A stretch of DNA of 64,000 nucleotides, taken from positions 11,726 to 75,725 of the forward strand of contig DATJYX010000081.1 of NCBI GenBank assembly GCA_035577965.1, in the 5' to 3' direction. Below are positions 17,679 to 29,236 of this stretch, piece after piece. The stretch comes from Vicinamibacteria bacterium. Lineage in GTDB: Bacteria > Acidobacteriota > Vicinamibacteria > Fen-336. A program made the translations under genes and the position numbers. Below the pieces are notes generated by a model. It saw nothing but the letters and a program-made list of their open reading frames with translations, was not told the origin of the DNA and made no database searches. Each line of letters starts with the position of its first letter. Position 1 is the stretch's first letter.

Positions 17679-18593
17679 CTAGGGAGTCCAGGCTCGAACG
17701 AACCCGGCGAGGTTCGGCACGAGGTCGGCCCAGCCGTGGAGGAGAACGACGAGCAGCAGGCTGCGCGTGCGCGCCCACAGGACGCCGAAGGCCAGGCCGA
17801 TCGGCGAGACGACCACGACCGAGTAGGCGGCGGCGGTCAGCGGGTCGGGCGCCTGAGCGAAGCCCTCCATGGCGTGGGCCCCGCGCAGCACGTAGCCGGG
17901 CGCGTGCGCGAGGCCGAAGAGCAGGGCCATCGCGACGAGACCGGCGGTCTCGGACCGCAGCCACGCCGCGGCGCGGGTCTGGAACGCGAGGCGGAAGAGG
18001 AACTCCTCGGTCAGGCCGGCCTCGAGGCACATCCAGGCGAGTGCGAACGGGGCGGCGAGACCGATCACCCAGGCCGGCTGCGGGAGAGCGGCGAGCATCT
18101 GGGGTCCGCGCCCGGCGAAGAGCTGGAGGAGCAGGAGCAGCGTGCCCATGACGAGGAGGGCCCGGCGCTCGACGCGATCCGGCCGATCGAAGCGGAGGAG
18201 CTCGCGGGGGCGACACCCCATCCAGGCGAGGAGGGCGGCTGGCAGGAGGACCATCGCGGCCACCTTGGCCCCCAGCAGGACGACCTCCTGCGCCGGATGG
18301 CCGGGACAGGCGGCGCGCAGGGCGCTCAGTCCCCAGCCGAGGAAGCCCACCGCGAAGAGGACCATGTAGGAGCCGACCGCCGCGAGCTCACGCCCCGCGT
18401 GGCGCATCTCGACCGGCCGGGGCGCCGCCCCCCGGGTCACCCAGAAGGCCACGAGGGAGAAGAAGAGGCCGAAGACGATCATCCCCGCCACGGCCTCGCC
18501 GGCGGCGAAGCCCGGCCGGGGCCCGAGCCGGGCGAGGCTCAGTGCGAGGAGCAGGACGTAGATCGCGATCGCGACGGAGCCGCGCATGTCCAT
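17679..18593 (-). CDS. CPBP (Abi/CAAX) family intramembrane metalloprotease
   Basis: EAGLTEEFLFR, FGLAH, LHGWAD motifs; multiple TM helices. Confidence 0.88.
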   Translation of the reverse strand: MDMRGSVAIAIYVLLLALSLARLGPRPGFAAGEAVAGMIVFGLFFSLVAFWVTRGAAPRPVEMRHAGRELAAVGSYMVLFAVGFLGWGLSALRAACPGHPAQEVVLLGAKVAAMVLLPAALLAWMGCRPRELLRFDRPDRVERRALLVMGTLLLLLQLFAGRGPQMLAALPQPAWVIGLAAPFALAWMCLEAGLTEEFLFRLAFQTRAAAWLRSETAGLVAMALLFGLAHAPGYVLRGAHAMEGFAQAPDPLTAAAYSVVVVSPIGLAFGVLWARTRSLLLVVLLHGWADLVPNLAGFVRAWTP

Positions 18594-18651
18594 CTGCGGG
18601 AACGAGACCGTCCCCGGCGCGGTTCGACTTCCTGAGTCAGGCGGGAGCCCG

Positions 18652-20412
18652 TCAGGCCGGCACGGCCTCCAGCCGGCGCTCGCCCACCTGCTGCCGCCAC
18701 ATCGCGAAGTAGAGCCCCTTGGCCGCGAGGAGGCTCTCGTGCCGGCCCTCCTCCACGATGCGGCCCTGCTCGAGGACGTAGATCCGGTCCGCGTGCATCA
18801 CCGTGGAGAGGCGGTGGGCGATGAGCACCGTCATCACCCGGCGGTCGCGGGCCACCTCGCGGATCGTGCGGCTCACCTCGTCCTCGGTCAGGGAGTCGAG
18901 CGAGGAGGTGGCCTCGTCGAACACCAGGAGGTGCGGCTTCCGGAGGAGGGCGCGCGCGATCGAGAGGCGCTGCTTCTCGCCCCCCGACACCTTCACCCCG
19001 CCCTCGCCGATGAGCGTGTCGAGGCCCTTGTCGGCGCGGGCGAGGAGGCCCTCGCAGGCCGACCGGCCCAGCACGTCCAGGCATTCGGCGTCGGTCGCCT
19101 GGGGGCGCACGAAGCGGAGGTTGTCGCGGATCGAGCCGGAGAAGAGCTGGGTGTCCTGGGTCACGAATCCGATCCTCTCGCGCAGCTTCTCGAGGTCGAC
19201 CCGGTCCTGTGGCTGGCCGTCGTACAGGATGCGGCCGGCCGCCGGGCGATAGAGGCCGACGAGGAGCTTGACGAGGGTCGTCTTCCCCGCGCCCGACGGC
19301 CCGACGAAGGCCACCGTCTCGCCTCGCCGCACCTCGAAGCTCACCTCCTGGACCGCCCGCGTCGCGACCGAGAGGTGCGAGAAGGAGACGCGCTCGAAGG
19401 CGAGGTGCTTCAGGTCGCCGACCTCGACCGGGTCGGCCGGCCTCGGCTCCCGCGGGGCGTCGAGGATCGCCTGGAAGTTCGCGAGGGAGGCCTCGGTCTC
19501 CCGGTAGACGCCGATCACGCTGCCGAGCTCCTGGAGGGGGCCGAAGATGAAGAAGGAGTAGATCCAGAGGGCGAAGAACTGGCCGACCGTGATCTCGCGG
19601 GCGAAGATGAGGTAGAGCATGAGGAAGAGGATCGAGGTCCGGAGGGCGTTGACGGACGTGCCCTGGACGAAGCTCAGGCTGCGCAGGTAGCGCACCTTCC
19701 GCAGCTCGAGGCCGAGGATGCGGTCGGTGGTGGCGTTGAGGCGGGCCACCTCCTGGGCCCCGAGGCCCATGCTCTTCACGAGTTCGATGTTCCGGAGCGA
19801 TTCCGTGGTCGACCCGGCGAGGGCGGTCGTCTCGGCCACGATCGTCTTCTGGACGGCCTTGATCCTCCGGGAGAGGACGGACGAGAGCCAGCCCAGGAGG
19901 GGCACCGTCGCGAAGTAGATGGGCGCGATCAGCCAGTGGACGCTGAACGCGTAGACGACGACGAAGAGGACGCCCACCAGCGTCTGGAAGACGATGTTGA
20001 TCGCCGACGTCACCAGCTTCTCGACGTCCGTCCGCACCTTCTGGAGCTTGCCGAGCGTCTCGCCGCTCCGCTGGTCCTCGAAGAGCTGGTAGGGCAGCTC
20101 GAGCGAGTGCCGGATGCCGTCCGAGTAGAGCTGCGCCCCGAGCCGCTGGGTGACCACGTTGACGAAGTAGTCCTGGAAGTTCTTGGCCACCCGGGAGACG
20201 AAGGCCACCCCGACCGCGGCCAGGAGGAGGAGCGTCACCCCGCGCAGGAACTGGGCGGTCGTGTAGTGGTCGAAGCGGGTCGCGTACTGGTCGATGACGT
20301 GGCGGAAGATCAGCGGGTCGAGGAGCGAGAAGACCTGGTTGATCGCGGCCAGGATGAGGGCGAGGAGGACGAGCCTCCAGTGCGGACGGAGGTACGACAG
20401 GAGGAGCTTCAT
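18652..20412 (-). CDS. ABC transporter, fused permease/ATPase (type IV exporter)
   Basis: TMD followed by GPSGAGKT, VSGGEKQR, VFDEATS, IAHRLST. Confidence 0.93.
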   Translation of the reverse strand: MKLLLSYLRPHWRLVLLALILAAINQVFSLLDPLIFRHVIDQYATRFDHYTTAQFLRGVTLLLLAAVGVAFVSRVAKNFQDYFVNVVTQRLGAQLYSDGIRHSLELPYQLFEDQRSGETLGKLQKVRTDVEKLVTSAINIVFQTLVGVLFVVVYAFSVHWLIAPIYFATVPLLGWLSSVLSRRIKAVQKTIVAETTALAGSTTESLRNIELVKSMGLGAQEVARLNATTDRILGLELRKVRYLRSLSFVQGTSVNALRTSILFLMLYLIFAREITVGQFFALWIYSFFIFGPLQELGSVIGVYRETEASLANFQAILDAPREPRPADPVEVGDLKHLAFERVSFSHLSVATRAVQEVSFEVRRGETVAFVGPSGAGKTTLVKLLVGLYRPAAGRILYDGQPQDRVDLEKLRERIGFVTQDTQLFSGSIRDNLRFVRPQATDAECLDVLGRSACEGLLARADKGLDTLIGEGGVKVSGGEKQRLSIARALLRKPHLLVFDEATSSLDSLTEDEVSRTIREVARDRRVMTVLIAHRLSTVMHADRIYVLEQGRIVEEGRHESLLAAKGLYFAMWRQQVGERRLEAVPA

Positions 20413-20537
20413 GGGACGCTTCCGTCCAGCATACCAGCGCCCGGCCGGGCAGTGTGGTCCGCGGCGCCAGGCCCGGCTCCGGCGTCCGGTGGGAGAATCG
20501 GGGTCGGCCGCCGGGTTTCTGACGATCGCCGACGGAC

Positions 20538-21206
20538 TCAGCCGCCGACGAGCTCCTCGAACGCGCGCGCAGGCAGGGCGTCGAGGGAAGGAACGACGAG
20601 GTCGGCGTCGAGCGCCTTGTGGTGGGAGGAGAGGACGCCGATCGACGGCATTCCTGCCCGGCGCGCCCCCTCGATGCCCGCGGGCGCGTCTTCCACGACG
20701 ACGCACCGCGCGGGCGGCAGTCCCAGGCGTCGCGCCGCTTCGAGGAAGATGGCCGGGTCGGGCTTCCCCCGCCCCACCTCGTCCGCCGAGACGACGGTGT
20801 CGAGGAACCGCCCGAGGCGCAGGACCTCGAAGACCGCGTCGATGTTCGGCTGCGGGGCGGAGGAGGCGAGAGCCTGCCTCCAGCCGGCCTCCCGCAGCCT
20901 CTCGAGCCAGGGCAGCGCGCCCGGGAGGGGCTCGAGGCCCTTCTCGCGGAGCAGTCGGCGGTAGGCCCGCTCCTTCGTCTCGCTCACCCGCTCGATCCAC
21001 TCCGGCGTGAGGTGCGTCCCCATGAGCTCCCGGAGGATCTCGTCGTTGCGCTTGCCGAAGGTGTTCACGAAGTCGGACGGCTGGACCGACCGGCCCTCCG
21101 CGGCGAGGGTGTCCCGCCAGGCCACCCAGTGGTGGCCCGCCGAGTCGATCAGGGTGCCGTCGAGGTCCCAGAGGACGCCGCCCGGCGGTCCGGCGGTGTG
21201 GCCCAC
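20538..21206 (-). CDS. HAD-superfamily phosphatase (beta-phosphoglucomutase-like)
   Basis: WDLDGTLID, ASSA, GKPDP, VVEDAPAGIEGA. Confidence 0.9.
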   Translation of the reverse strand: MGHTAGPPGGVLWDLDGTLIDSAGHHWVAWRDTLAAEGRSVQPSDFVNTFGKRNDEILRELMGTHLTPEWIERVSETKERAYRRLLREKGLEPLPGALPWLERLREAGWRQALASSAPQPNIDAVFEVLRLGRFLDTVVSADEVGRGKPDPAIFLEAARRLGLPPARCVVVEDAPAGIEGARRAGMPSIGVLSSHHKALDADLVVPSLDALPARAFEELVGG

Positions 21207-21301
21207 GGGCCGAGGATACCAGCCCGAGGCGGATCGGCCGGAGTGTGCGCTAAACTTCACCCCCAACCGGCCCCCGTGCGGCAGGGGGTGAAGGGGGGAC
21301 G

Positions 21302-22039
21302 ATGAGGGCTCGCAGCTGGCTCACCGCGACGGTCGTGGCCGGACTCCTGGCTCCCGGTGTCGCGCGAGCGGAAGGCCTGGAGGGGCGATTCGCCGTCGCC
21401 TTCCAGGTCGGAACGCAGTCGGAGATCTCGGGCGACCTCATCAAGGGCACCCAGGGCGAGTTGGTCGACCGCCCCATCAGCATCGACTCGAAGCGCTACA
21501 AGGACGTGTACGCCCCGGACGTGCGGCTGCAGGGCCTCGTCGGCTACGGCGTGGGCACGAAGGAGGAGATCGTCGTCCGCGGCACCTACTACAAGGCGAA
21601 CGGCACCGCGCTCGAGGTCGGCACCCTCAACGGCCACCCGCTGGCCGTCTACTTCGACCCGTACGGGGCCTACAAGGAGGCGGGCATCGAGGCCAGCTTC
21701 CGCTACTACCTCGCGTCCACGGGACGGCTGAAGTCCTACATCGCGCCGGTCGCCGGGGCGCGATTCATCTCCCAGATCCTCGTCACCTTCTCGGTGCAGG
21801 ACGCCGGGATCTCGATCCAGAACGTGCCCTTCAGCCAGAAGAGCACGGTGCCGGTCTTCGGCCTCGACCTGGGCTTCACGTTCGACCTGGGAAAGCACGT
21901 CTTCGTCGGCCTCGAGAGCGCCATTCGCTACAACTCGCCGCCCAAGCAGTTCAACTCGCTCCAGAGCATCCCGCAGTTCGACGACAGCGACGGCCGGTGG
22001 TCGGCCCCCGTCGTGGCGTCCGTCGGCGCGAGGTTCTGA
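21302..22039 (+). CDS. Outer-membrane beta-barrel protein
   Basis: Signal peptide, amphipathic strands, terminal ...SVGARF. Confidence 0.75.
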   Translation: MRARSWLTATVVAGLLAPGVARAEGLEGRFAVAFQVGTQSEISGDLIKGTQGELVDRPISIDSKRYKDVYAPDVRLQGLVGYGVGTKEEIVVRGTYYKANGTALEVGTLNGHPLAVYFDPYGAYKEAGIEASFRYYLASTGRLKSYIAPVAGARFISQILVTFSVQDAGISIQNVPFSQKSTVPVFGLDLGFTFDLGKHVFVGLESAIRYNSPPKQFNSLQSIPQFDDSDGRWSAPVVASVGARF

Positions 22040-22150
22040 GCCGAGAGCCCGCGCCGCGTGGCCGGCTCGGCCTGATCCCGCGGCCGCTCCTACGGAGGAC
22101 GTCGTGGAGTGCCGGCGAGCGGGCGTCCTCCTTCGATCCGGGCGCGAATC

Positions 22151-22178
22151 TTGACTAATTCGTAGAGATTGATAGGCT
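22151..22178 (+). promoter_or_regulatory. sufB promoter with putative Rrf2 operator
   Basis: TTGACT-AATTCGTAGAGATTGA-TAGGCT; ATG follows the -10 by 6 nt. Confidence 0.7.
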
Positions 22179-22184
22179 GAGATC

Positions 22185-23623
<1,439 letters not shown>

Positions 23624-23627
<4 letters not shown>

Positions 23628-24376
23628 GCGGCCCGGCCCCCGCCCCGTCCGGGCCGTCGGGGCAGCAGGTGCCGCCGGGCGTTCAGGACGAGGCCGATGA
23701 CCCGCCCCGGCCGCAGCCGGGCCGCGGCCTCCCGGACGGTCTCCCGAGCCGCGTGCCGCGCCCGCACCACGAAGACGAACCCGTCGAAGAGGTCCGGCAG
23801 CGGCGTCGCGTCCGCCGTGCCGACGAGAGGGGGGCAGTCGACGACCACGCGGTCGAAGACACGGTCCGCGCCCTTGAGGAGCGCTTCGAGGCGTGGCGAG
23901 GAGAAGAGATCCCTTCGCCGCGGAGGCGAGTCGCCGGCCGACAGCAGCCAGAAGCCCCCCGACAGACGCCGTACGACCGGGGTCTCGCCCTTGCCGTCGA
24001 GGTACTCGCGGAGGCCGACCTCCGGCGGGCCCAGGCCGAGGGCGAGGTCGAGAGCCGGCCGGTCCAGGTCCAGCTCCAGGAGCAGCACGCGCCCCCGCCG
24101 TTCGGAGGCCAGCGCCTCGGCGAGGCCGAGCGCCACCGTGCTCGCTCCCTCGCCGGCCGTTGCGCCCACGATGCCGATGCGGCGCAGCCTCTTGTCCCGG
24201 CCGAGCGCCCGTAGCCGGGTTGCCAGCAGCCGGAGCTGCTCGCCCTGCGCGGAGCCGCCGTCGAGGACCGACCGGGCGACGGGCCCCGGGCTCGGGGAGA
24301 CGCGAGTCTCCTCCTCGAACGCGGGCGGCATGTCGAAGACGGGGATGTCGGCGGCCGGCGTCTCTCTCCCGCTCAC
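23624..24376 (-). CDS. CpsD/CapB (BY-kinase/MinD-like) P-loop protein with degenerate Walker A
   Basis: [10 protein letters not shown] (Lys absent), [21 protein letters not shown]; GTGA overlap with the upstream response regulator. Confidence 0.75.
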
Positions 24377-25719
24377 GTCTTCGCCCGGCGGAGCACCCGG
24401 TCGTAGAACCCCATCCGCTCGAGCTCGAGAGAGTGGCGGCGCGTCGCCTGCCGCACCGGCTCCAGGATCCGCTCCACCTCCGCCTGGAGCGTCGCCGTCG
24501 CGAACGCCCGGCACCAGCCGGCGACGGCGCGCACCGCCCGCCGGGGCACCCGGCCTCCCTCGCCGGGGCCCACCACGACGCGCCCCGCGGGCGTGACGCG
24601 GAAGGCGCGCAGGGAGCCCTCCTCGAGGAGGGCCCGCTCGTGCGTGAGGCGCAGCTGCCGGGCGGTCTCGTCGGTGCCGGCCTCCGCCTCGGCCACCTGG
24701 GCCACGGCCGACATGGTCCAGGCGAGCACGGAGGCGTCGACGCTTCGGCTCTGGTCGGACCAGATCACGCGGCGCGGGGTGTGGTCGAGGACCAGCTCGT
24801 CGAGACGCTGCAGCGTGTCGTCGTGTTGCAGGTCGAGCTGGCGGCGCACGACGTCACGGTCCTCCTCGCGTGCGAGGGGGTGGGGCAGCGCGGACTCGAT
24901 CCTCCGCAGCGGCACCCCCTTCTCCGTGATGATGGTGGTGACGGTGAACTTCGGCTGGGCGACCGCTTCCGTGAGGACGACGAACGAGCGGCCTCGCGCT
25001 TCGACCCGCGTGAAGCGCCCGAAGCCGAGATCGGCATCGGGCGGACGAAGCTCCACCCGGCGCACGGCGTCCGTCCCCTTCGCCGGAGCGGCGGCGGGCG
25101 AGGGCGGCGTCACCACCACCCGCACGGGCGAGAGGCGCACGGACGTGACGGCCGAGGGCGCGGCCGCGGGCGGGGGGACCGGCGGAGGAGCGGCGGGGAC
25201 GCGAGGAGCGGGCGCGGGTGGGGCCGGCGCCTCGACCGGTGGCTTCCTTCGGATCGCGGCCGTGCTCCGCGTGTGCGGCATCGTGATCACCGGCCGGGTC
25301 GGCATCGTGTAGTCGCTGGTTCGCTCCCTCTCCGGCCGGCGTGCCGCCTTCTCCAGCAGGGCCCGCACCTTCTCGAGCAGGTCGCGGAGCGGGAACGGCT
25401 TCAGCAGGAAAGCGTCCGCGCCGGCGGCGAGCACCGCCCGGATCCTCGCTTCGGAGCGCACCGCGGAGACGGCGATGAACGGAACCCGCTCGAGCCCGGG
25501 CACCGCCCGCATCGCGCGCAGGAGGCCCTCGCCGTCCATGTCCGGCATCAGGATGTCGCTCACCACGCAGTCGGGGCGGATCGCGGCGACCCGCTCCAGA
25601 GCGGCCGCCCCGGTCGGAAAGGAGTGGGTCTCGAACTCCGGCGCGCGGAAGGCGCGCTCGAGGAGCAGGCGCACCTTCGAGTCGTCGTCGACCACGACCA
25701 TTCGTCGGGGCGCGTTCAT
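24373..25719 (-). CDS. Response regulator: REC + Pro-rich linker + unknown C-terminal domains
   Basis: VVVDDD, VSDILMPDMDG, SA, KPF intact; promoter TTGACA-18-GAGTAT at 25794-25765. Confidence 0.85.
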   Translation of the reverse strand: MNAPRRMVVVDDDSKVRLLLERAFRAPEFETHSFPTGAAALERVAAIRPDCVVSDILMPDMDGEGLLRAMRAVPGLERVPFIAVSAVRSEARIRAVLAAGADAFLLKPFPLRDLLEKVRALLEKAARRPERERTSDYTMPTRPVITMPHTRSTAAIRRKPPVEAPAPPAPAPRVPAAPPPVPPPAAAPSAVTSVRLSPVRVVVTPPSPAAAPAKGTDAVRRVELRPPDADLGFGRFTRVEARGRSFVVLTEAVAQPKFTVTTIITEKGVPLRRIESALPHPLAREEDRDVVRRQLDLQHDDTLQRLDELVLDHTPRRVIWSDQSRSVDASVLAWTMSAVAQVAEAEAGTDETARQLRLTHERALLEEGSLRAFRVTPAGRVVVGPGEGGRVPRRAVRAVAGWCRAFATATLQAEVERILEPVRQATRRHSLELERMGFYDRVLRRAKT

Positions 25720-25824
25720 TCCAGTGCTCGCGGACGAGACGGCCCGGGGACACGGGGCGCACCGATACTCTCAGACGGCGGAACGGGGTGTCAACGGCGC
25801 GGGGGCCGCGCGTATCATGGCCCG

Positions 25825-26121
25825 GTGTTCATCGTCGCGTGGGAGGGCCGCCCTCCTCCGGACAAGGCCGAGTGGATCAGGGTCCTCCGCGAGGTGCTGG
25901 CGGCGGAGCTCGGGTCCTACCGGGTCGTCTTCCGGAGGCACGCGACCGGCTGGCGGTTCTCCCTCGAGTGGCGCGAGGACGACGAGGCAGGAGAGGAAGC
26001 GCTCGTCTCCAACAGCCCCGAGAGCGTGGCCTACAACATCTACGCGAACCTGGCCGGAGGAGGGATGCCTCTCGACGCGTCGTGGAAGCCCGAGGCGCGG
26101 CACGAGGCCGGCCGAGGATGA
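25825..26121 (+). CDS. Hypothetical protein (98 aa)
   Basis: Protein-like tail of a long shadow ORF (VFIVAWEG...YNIYANL); TATCAT -10 lies 6 nt before the GTG. Confidence 0.6.
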   Translation: MFIVAWEGRPPPDKAEWIRVLREVLAAELGSYRVVFRRHATGWRFSLEWREDDEAGEEALVSNSPESVAYNIYANLAGGGMPLDASWKPEARHEAGRG

Positions 26122-26179
26122 GAGTCGAGGACGACGAGACCCCTCGCCCGCCCGTCCGGGCCGGAGCGGGCTCGGGGGA

Positions 26180-26671
26180 CTAGGGCCGCGTCCTCTTCGC
26201 GAGCCGCACGACCGAGCCGCCCCGCCTGGGGAAGACGAACGAGACGCGGTCGGTGAAGCAGCGCATGTAGTAGATCCCGCGCCCGTTGCCGCGCTCGATG
26301 TTCTCGTCCCGGCACGGGTCCGGCACCCGCTCGGGGTCGAAGCCGGGCCCCCGATCGCGGACCGTGATCACGAGGCTGTCCGGCGTGAGGTGGAGGCCGA
26401 TCCGGGTCGGTGCCCCGTCGTCGCTGCGGCCGTGGCGAAACGCGTTCACCACGGCCTCGCGGAGAGCGACGCCCACGAACACCGCCTCGTCCTGGACGAG
26501 GCCGCCGGCGCGGCCCATGCACACCGCGAGGTCCTCGATGTGGTCGAGGGCAGCCTCGCCGCCCGGTCCCGGGTCGAGGACGAACCGGGCCGACCAGGTG
26601 CCGCTCCGCGGGTGGCGCCGGAACCGGCCCAGCCGCAGCGCTTCGGAGTCGAGATCGGCCATCGGGACCAT
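26180..26671 (-). CDS. Anti-sigma factor/Ser kinase RsbW-like (HATPase_c_2)
   Basis: LREAVVNAFRHG, VRDRGPGFD, GNGRGIYYM, VDRV-like TDRV; start may be 26671 or 26662. Confidence 0.8.
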   Translation of the reverse strand: MVPMADLDSEALRLGRFRRHPRSGTWSARFVLDPGPGGEAALDHIEDLAVCMGRAGGLVQDEAVFVGVALREAVVNAFRHGRSDDGAPTRIGLHLTPDSLVITVRDRGPGFDPERVPDPCRDENIERGNGRGIYYMRCFTDRVSFVFPRRGGSVVRLAKRTRP

Positions 26672-26801
26672 CGCCATTATGGACGAGCCCGGGCGGCTGA
26701 GGTTCCGCAAAACCCCGTTGCCAACGGCTTTTTTGGATGCGGATGGCGGCCCGGGCGGGGAGGAAAGCGGTAAGATTCCGTCCCTGCCCGGAAAGGGGAG
26801 A

Positions 26802-28385
26802 ATGAGCGGCTTCAAGGTCAGGCTGGGCGACGGCAGCGAGATCGGTCCGATGGACCTGGCGGCCCTTCGGACCTGGGTGGCCCAGGGTCTCGTGGACGGG
26901 TCGAGCCCGGTGATGCGTCCCGGGACGCGGAAATGGGTCCCCCTGTCCGCGGTCCCCGAGCTGAAGGGCACCCTCGGCGCCTCTCGCCCCAAGGTGGCGG
27001 CGCGGGCGAGACGCGCCCAGAGCCCGGAGGCCGAGCCGGGGGAGGCCGCGGAGCCGTCGGGCGTCGATCGCGGGCGCGTGAGGCTCGTCGGCGTCCTTCT
27101 GCTCGCCGCCGCCGCGGTGTTCGGCATCCTCGCCTGGCGTCCGGCCGCGGCGGCCCCGGGCCTCGACGGCGCGCCGTGGCTCCAGCTGGCGCTCGGCGCC
27201 CTCGCCCTGGGCCTCGCGTTGCAGCTCCGCTTCGACCTCGCGCGCCGCGTGGTGCGGATCGCGCTCTTCCTCGTGGCCTTCGCTCTCTTCCCCCTGGCCG
27301 GCATCCTCATCGCCCAGGGCGAGCGCGGGGCGGGCCTCTTCGCGCTCGGCTCGGCGTGGCTCCTCGTGTCCGGCCTCTTCGCCCTCCTCCCCCGCGTCCT
27401 CGGCTGGATGGGGGCGGTCCTCGCGCTCGTCCCGGTCCTGGCCGGCAGCTATGGCGCCTACCGCTTCGGCCTCGCCCCCGAGAGCGAGGCCACCGGCCGC
27501 GTGCAGGAGTGGGCGTCGCCCGATCGCCGTTTCACCGACGACTCGCTCGGTGTCACCCTCGACGTCCCGGCGGGCTGGTACGCACTGCGGCCCGGGAACC
27601 CGCTCGTGGCCGCGCCCGCCGAGGCCCGGCTCACGCTGATGCAGCCCCGGCACGGCGGCTCCGCCTACCTCGTCGCCGAGCCCGCTCCGCGCGGCGTGGC
27701 GACACCCGACCAGTACCTCGACCGCCTGTCCTCCCGCCGCGGCCCGGCGCGCCCGGGGTTCCAGCCGGGGCCGCGGTCGAACGCGGTCCTGGGCTCGCTG
27801 TCCGGCCGCCGTCTCGAGTCGACCTGGCTCGACGGCTCGACGCGGCAGCGCGAGATCGTCCTCGCCGGCCTCGACGGATGGATGGGCTTCGGCCTCGTGG
27901 CCTGGATGCCGGAGGCGACGGCGTCACGGCCCGACGGCCTCGACGCGCTGGCCGGGGGTCTCGCCGCGCGCGGCCTGCTCGCCGGGCGCCTCCGCTCGTC
28001 CGTGGAGGCGGCGCTGGCCGCCGTCCCCCACCTCTCTGCCCCCGCGGCCGAGCAGCTCATGGCGCAGAGCGAGGCCCGCGTCCTCGAGCCCGACCAGGCC
28101 TTCCGCCGCTCGCTCGCCGCCCTCGCCCGCCTCCTGCCCTCGCTCTCCAAGGGCGAGACCGCCGAGCTCTCGTCGCTGACCACGGCCACGTATGCCGGTG
28201 TCCCCTGGGCCGACCGAACCCGTCTCGCCGCCTACGTCGAGCGCGTCCGGAAGGGCGATTCGACCCGCCCGGCGGAAGACCACGAGATGGCCGTCCTCAT
28301 GAAGGCGGCGGAGGACCGGCTCGCCCCCGTCCGAAGGCTCCGGCTCCAGGCGTACTACGAGAAGGCGATCCGGGCCGAAAATTGA
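26802..28385 (+). CDS. GYF_2 (DUF4339)-domain membrane protein
   Basis: N-terminal GPMDLAALRTWVAQG...V.R.G...WVPL.AVPEL; about 5-6 TM helices; periplasmic-type domain; SD GGGGAG before the ATG. Confidence 0.75.
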   Translation: MSGFKVRLGDGSEIGPMDLAALRTWVAQGLVDGSSPVMRPGTRKWVPLSAVPELKGTLGASRPKVAARARRAQSPEAEPGEAAEPSGVDRGRVRLVGVLLLAAAAVFGILAWRPAAAAPGLDGAPWLQLALGALALGLALQLRFDLARRVVRIALFLVAFALFPLAGILIAQGERGAGLFALGSAWLLVSGLFALLPRVLGWMGAVLALVPVLAGSYGAYRFGLAPESEATGRVQEWASPDRRFTDDSLGVTLDVPAGWYALRPGNPLVAAPAEARLTLMQPRHGGSAYLVAEPAPRGVATPDQYLDRLSSRRGPARPGFQPGPRSNAVLGSLSGRRLESTWLDGSTRQREIVLAGLDGWMGFGLVAWMPEATASRPDGLDALAGGLAARGLLAGRLRSSVEAALAAVPHLSAPAAEQLMAQSEARVLEPDQAFRRSLAALARLLPSLSKGETAELSSLTTATYAGVPWADRTRLAAYVERVRKGDSTRPAEDHEMAVLMKAAEDRLAPVRRLRLQAYYEKAIRAEN

Positions 28386-28410
28386 CTTTTTCGTACGGAT
28401 TGCCTAACCT
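28382..28410 (+). promoter_or_regulatory. sufC operon promoter with putative Rrf2 operator
   Basis: TTGACT-TTTTCGTACGGATTGCC-TAACCT; 17 of the first 21 nt are identical to the sufB promoter. Confidence 0.7.
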
Positions 28411-28468
28411 GTGACCGGGTCGGTCCCCGATGGACCCCGGCCCCGCTCCGAGTCCGGAGAAACCACGC

Positions 28469-29230
28469 ATGCTCGAGATCAAGAACCTCCACGCGAAGGC
28501 GGGGGAGAGCGACATCCTGCGCGGCCTCGACCTGACGGTCCGGGCGGGCGAGGTGCACGCCATCATGGGCCCGAACGGCTCGGGGAAGAGCACGCTCGCC
28601 CACGTCCTCGCCGGCCGGCCCGGCTACACGGTCACCGACGGCAAGGTGCTCTACAAGGGGAAGGACCTCCTCGCTCTCGCCCCCGAGGAACGGGCTCGCG
28701 AGGGCGTCTTCCTCGCCTTCCAGTACCCGGTCGAGATCGCGGGCGTGAGCAACGTCTACTTCCTGAAGGCGGCCACGAACGCGATCCGGAAGCACCGGGG
28801 CCTGCCGGAGCTCGACGCCCTGGACTTCCTCGCCCTCGTGAAGGAGAAGGCCAAGGTGGTCGACCTCGACGAGGAGCTCGTGAAGCGGTCGGTCAACGAG
28901 GGCTTCTCGGGCGGCGAGAAGAAGCGGAACGAGATCTTCCAGATGGCGGTGCTCGAGCCCGCGCTGGCCATCCTCGACGAGACCGACTCCGGCCTCGACA
29001 TCGACGCCCTGCGCATCGTCGCCGGGGGGGTGAACCGGCTGCGCAGCCCGGAGAGGGCGATGATCGTGGTGACCCACTACCAGCGCCTGCTGAACTACAT
29101 CGTCCCCGACTTCGTGCACGTGCTGGTGGAGGGCCGGATCGTGCGCTCGGGTGGCAAGGAGATGGCGCTCGAGCTCGAGGAGAAGGGCTACTCCTGGCTC
29201 GAGAGGGAGCCGGCCGCGGCCGGCCGCTGA
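28469..29230 (+). CDS. sufC: Fe-S cluster assembly ATPase SufC
   Basis: GPNGSGKST, FLAFQYP, NEGFSGGEKKRNE, LDETDSGLDIDAL, THYQRLL. Confidence 0.97.
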   Translation: MLEIKNLHAKAGESDILRGLDLTVRAGEVHAIMGPNGSGKSTLAHVLAGRPGYTVTDGKVLYKGKDLLALAPEERAREGVFLAFQYPVEIAGVSNVYFLKAATNAIRKHRGLPELDALDFLALVKEKAKVVDLDEELVKRSVNEGFSGGEKKRNEIFQMAVLEPALAILDETDSGLDIDALRIVAGGVNRLRSPERAMIVVTHYQRLLNYIVPDFVHVLVEGRIVRSGGKEMALELEEKGYSWLEREPAAAGR

Positions 29231-29236
29231 CGCGCG

